From NCBI RefSeq assembly GCF_009914755.1, contig NC_060945.1: 64,000 nt of DNA; one strand, given 5' to 3'. This document shows positions 62,030 through 64,000 of this stretch, in pieces. Made by a program: the position numbers and the translations under genes. The notes beneath the pieces were generated by a model. The model made no database searches, had not been told where the DNA came from, and worked only from the letters and a program-made list of their open reading frames with translations. Position 1 is the stretch's first letter, and every line of letters begins with the position of its first letter. The DNA is from the human T2T-CHM13v2.0 reference genome, Homo sapiens.

Positions 62030-62900
62030 GCATGGTAATATCTATTGAGTGTTAGTTATGTATCAGAACATAAGTTATGCATTTAATGTTCATTTAAAAA
62101 AATAATGAAAAGCACTCTCTGAGGTAGATACTATTGGTAATATACATATGAGGTAACAGTAAGTGACTGGACTGGAAAGTAAGTCCAGGTCTGTTTCACT
62201 ACAGAGACCCAGAGCCAGAAACCTCAACCCCTTGGCTAATAGTCTACACAAAGTTGTTCACAGTCAGTGGCTCTATAATAGTCATTCAGCCTCACCAGTT
62301 TGTTTAAATCTTCAGTTCACATTAATACATTTGGAAATGTCAGACTACAATTTTCATTTTCAATTATGCTAAAATATTTACATGCCAAATTGACTATCAC
62401 TTATGTCCCTCAAACCTTGCCACATTGTAGCATATGATACCAGAGCCCTGTATTTTCAAGACTTTCAAAATTCAGCTCATTCTTATGAAAAATGATGCAC
62501 TTAATGTACTCTTCTGTATATAAACATAATGATCTGAGTACAGAATAGATAGATAATAGGTAGATATATTTTTATGTAAATTTGATCTTTTATTTTGGGT
62601 GAGACATAATCTAGCATTGTTTTACTAAACAAATTTTACTAATGATTGACTTGAAAGACAATATTGCAAGAGGCTAAGACACATAGTCTTTGGAGTCAGA
62701 ATGTTTAGGAAAGTTTCTTAGCCCCTCAACTTTCTATAGCTGTGTGAACAAGTTCAAGTCACTTAACTCTTGGGGTCTCAGTTTCTCTGTGTGTAAAAGT
62801 AGGATGGTAAAAGTGTCTACCTCAAAATGTTTGTGTGTAGTTCACATGTGTTTATATTTATAAAGCTTTTAGAACAGTGTCTGGAGAATCATAAACTCGG
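62030..62900. mobile_element. Two MIR fragments (~62030-62240 minus; ~62670-62900 plus)
   Basis: tgaggtagatactatt; tagctgtgtgaac...caagtcacttaactct..gtctcagtttctct..tgtaaaa. Confidence 0.7.
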
Positions 62901-63654
62901 TTTAAACATTTGGTTTAAACACTCTCATTTTAAATAATAGTCATATTATTTAAATATATAATTAAATGCCATTCTATATTCTGTAGTTTAAATTTTTAAG
63001 CAATATTTTGTCCAATATGATATCTGGCTATTTCGTCCAAGTTATAAACTATGTACCTCTTGGCCACGTTCAGTTTTCTGTGCTTGCTTAGTCAGCCTTT
63101 TAAGCCAACCTCAATTGCAGGCAGAGACTCAGCCATCTATTATGTTAGCTGTGTTATTCAGCATCAGTTGTCAATGGATTTCTGATGTAGATAGAAGTTT
63201 TTGTGTAACTGAGATATCACTTTGACAGATGAGGTCACAATAGTTTTAACTGATGTTGTTTCAAACCTCAGGAACACTTGCTTACATGGTACAGCTGAAG
63301 CATTTCAAAAGCAACGCAGGATACCTAGTAGCCTAAATTACTCTACACAGACACACATTATTTTTTTAAAAATGTTTCAAGGCTTTTAACAAGCTTTACA
63401 AATTGACAAAAGCAAAATCTTTTTAATTAAATATAATGTTTTTAATGAATAGTTTGAAAGGGCTAGACAGCCTCAGTACAATAAAATGCTGTCTTTGAAG
63501 TAATTTCCATTCATTTGAACTTGAATTGAAAGGTATTAAATCCAGCCTCTTTGTAGACTGCAAATTAAATTAAATTAAAAGCATCTTAATGTTTTAAATA
63601 GAGTTCATGCTTACATGTTTAAATGCTTAGAAATAAAATAGAGGTGAGGCAGAG

Positions 63655-64000
63655 TAAAATAGATGAACAGAGAACCCTCCAGCAACCTTCCCCTGCACAA
63701 GAACACTAAATTGAATAACCACCCACACAAGAAAACACCTCCACAGGAACCAAAAATCAAGTGAGCAATCATAACACCTAGTTTTAACTTAGTATCAAGA
63801 AAAGAGGCACGGAGGAGGGAAGGGAAGAGAGCCTTAAATTGCCCTGTTCCCATCTTTTAACAGCAGCAGTGGTCATGTGTGGTGTGGAGAGAGAATCTGT
63901 GTGTTTTGGGAAGGGAGAGTGCAGTAATTGTAGGACTTGGCATTGGAATTCAGTGCTGCTCTGTCACAGTGGAAAGCAACATGGGGCAGAAATTTGCTGG
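63655..64000 (+). mobile_element. L1M/L1MA 5' end, running off the window
   Basis: aaccaaaaatcaagtgagcaatcataacacctagttttaactt...ggagagagaatctgtgtg..tgggaagggagagtgcagt. Confidence 0.75.

Overview
Primate (almost certainly human) AT-rich, gene-poor genomic DNA, dense with interspersed repeats: Alu, L1, MaLR/ERVL/ERV1 LTRs, MER DNA transposons, MIR and microsatellites. There is no intact protein-coding gene. The one gene-derived feature is a near full-length processed pseudogene of MAPK6/ERK3 on the minus strand (~21778-25826). It retains the 5'UTR, a disabled CDS missing the start codon and Gly-rich loop, the 3'UTR, AATAAA and a poly-A remnant. The most unusual signal is structural. Two independent (TA)n tracts (~6.5-7.1 kb and ~43.3-44.0 kb) have captured copies of nearby DNA: inverted copies of 230 bp and ~436 bp, a 25-bp direct copy and nested fold-back copies. 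Several smaller fold-back insertions and palindromes occur elsewhere, as does an Alu with a twin-priming-type inverted left arm. These look like fossilised template-switch or templated-repair events centred on TA repeats. Repeat subfamily names come from recalled consensus sequences, not a search, and boundaries of old repeats are approximate.
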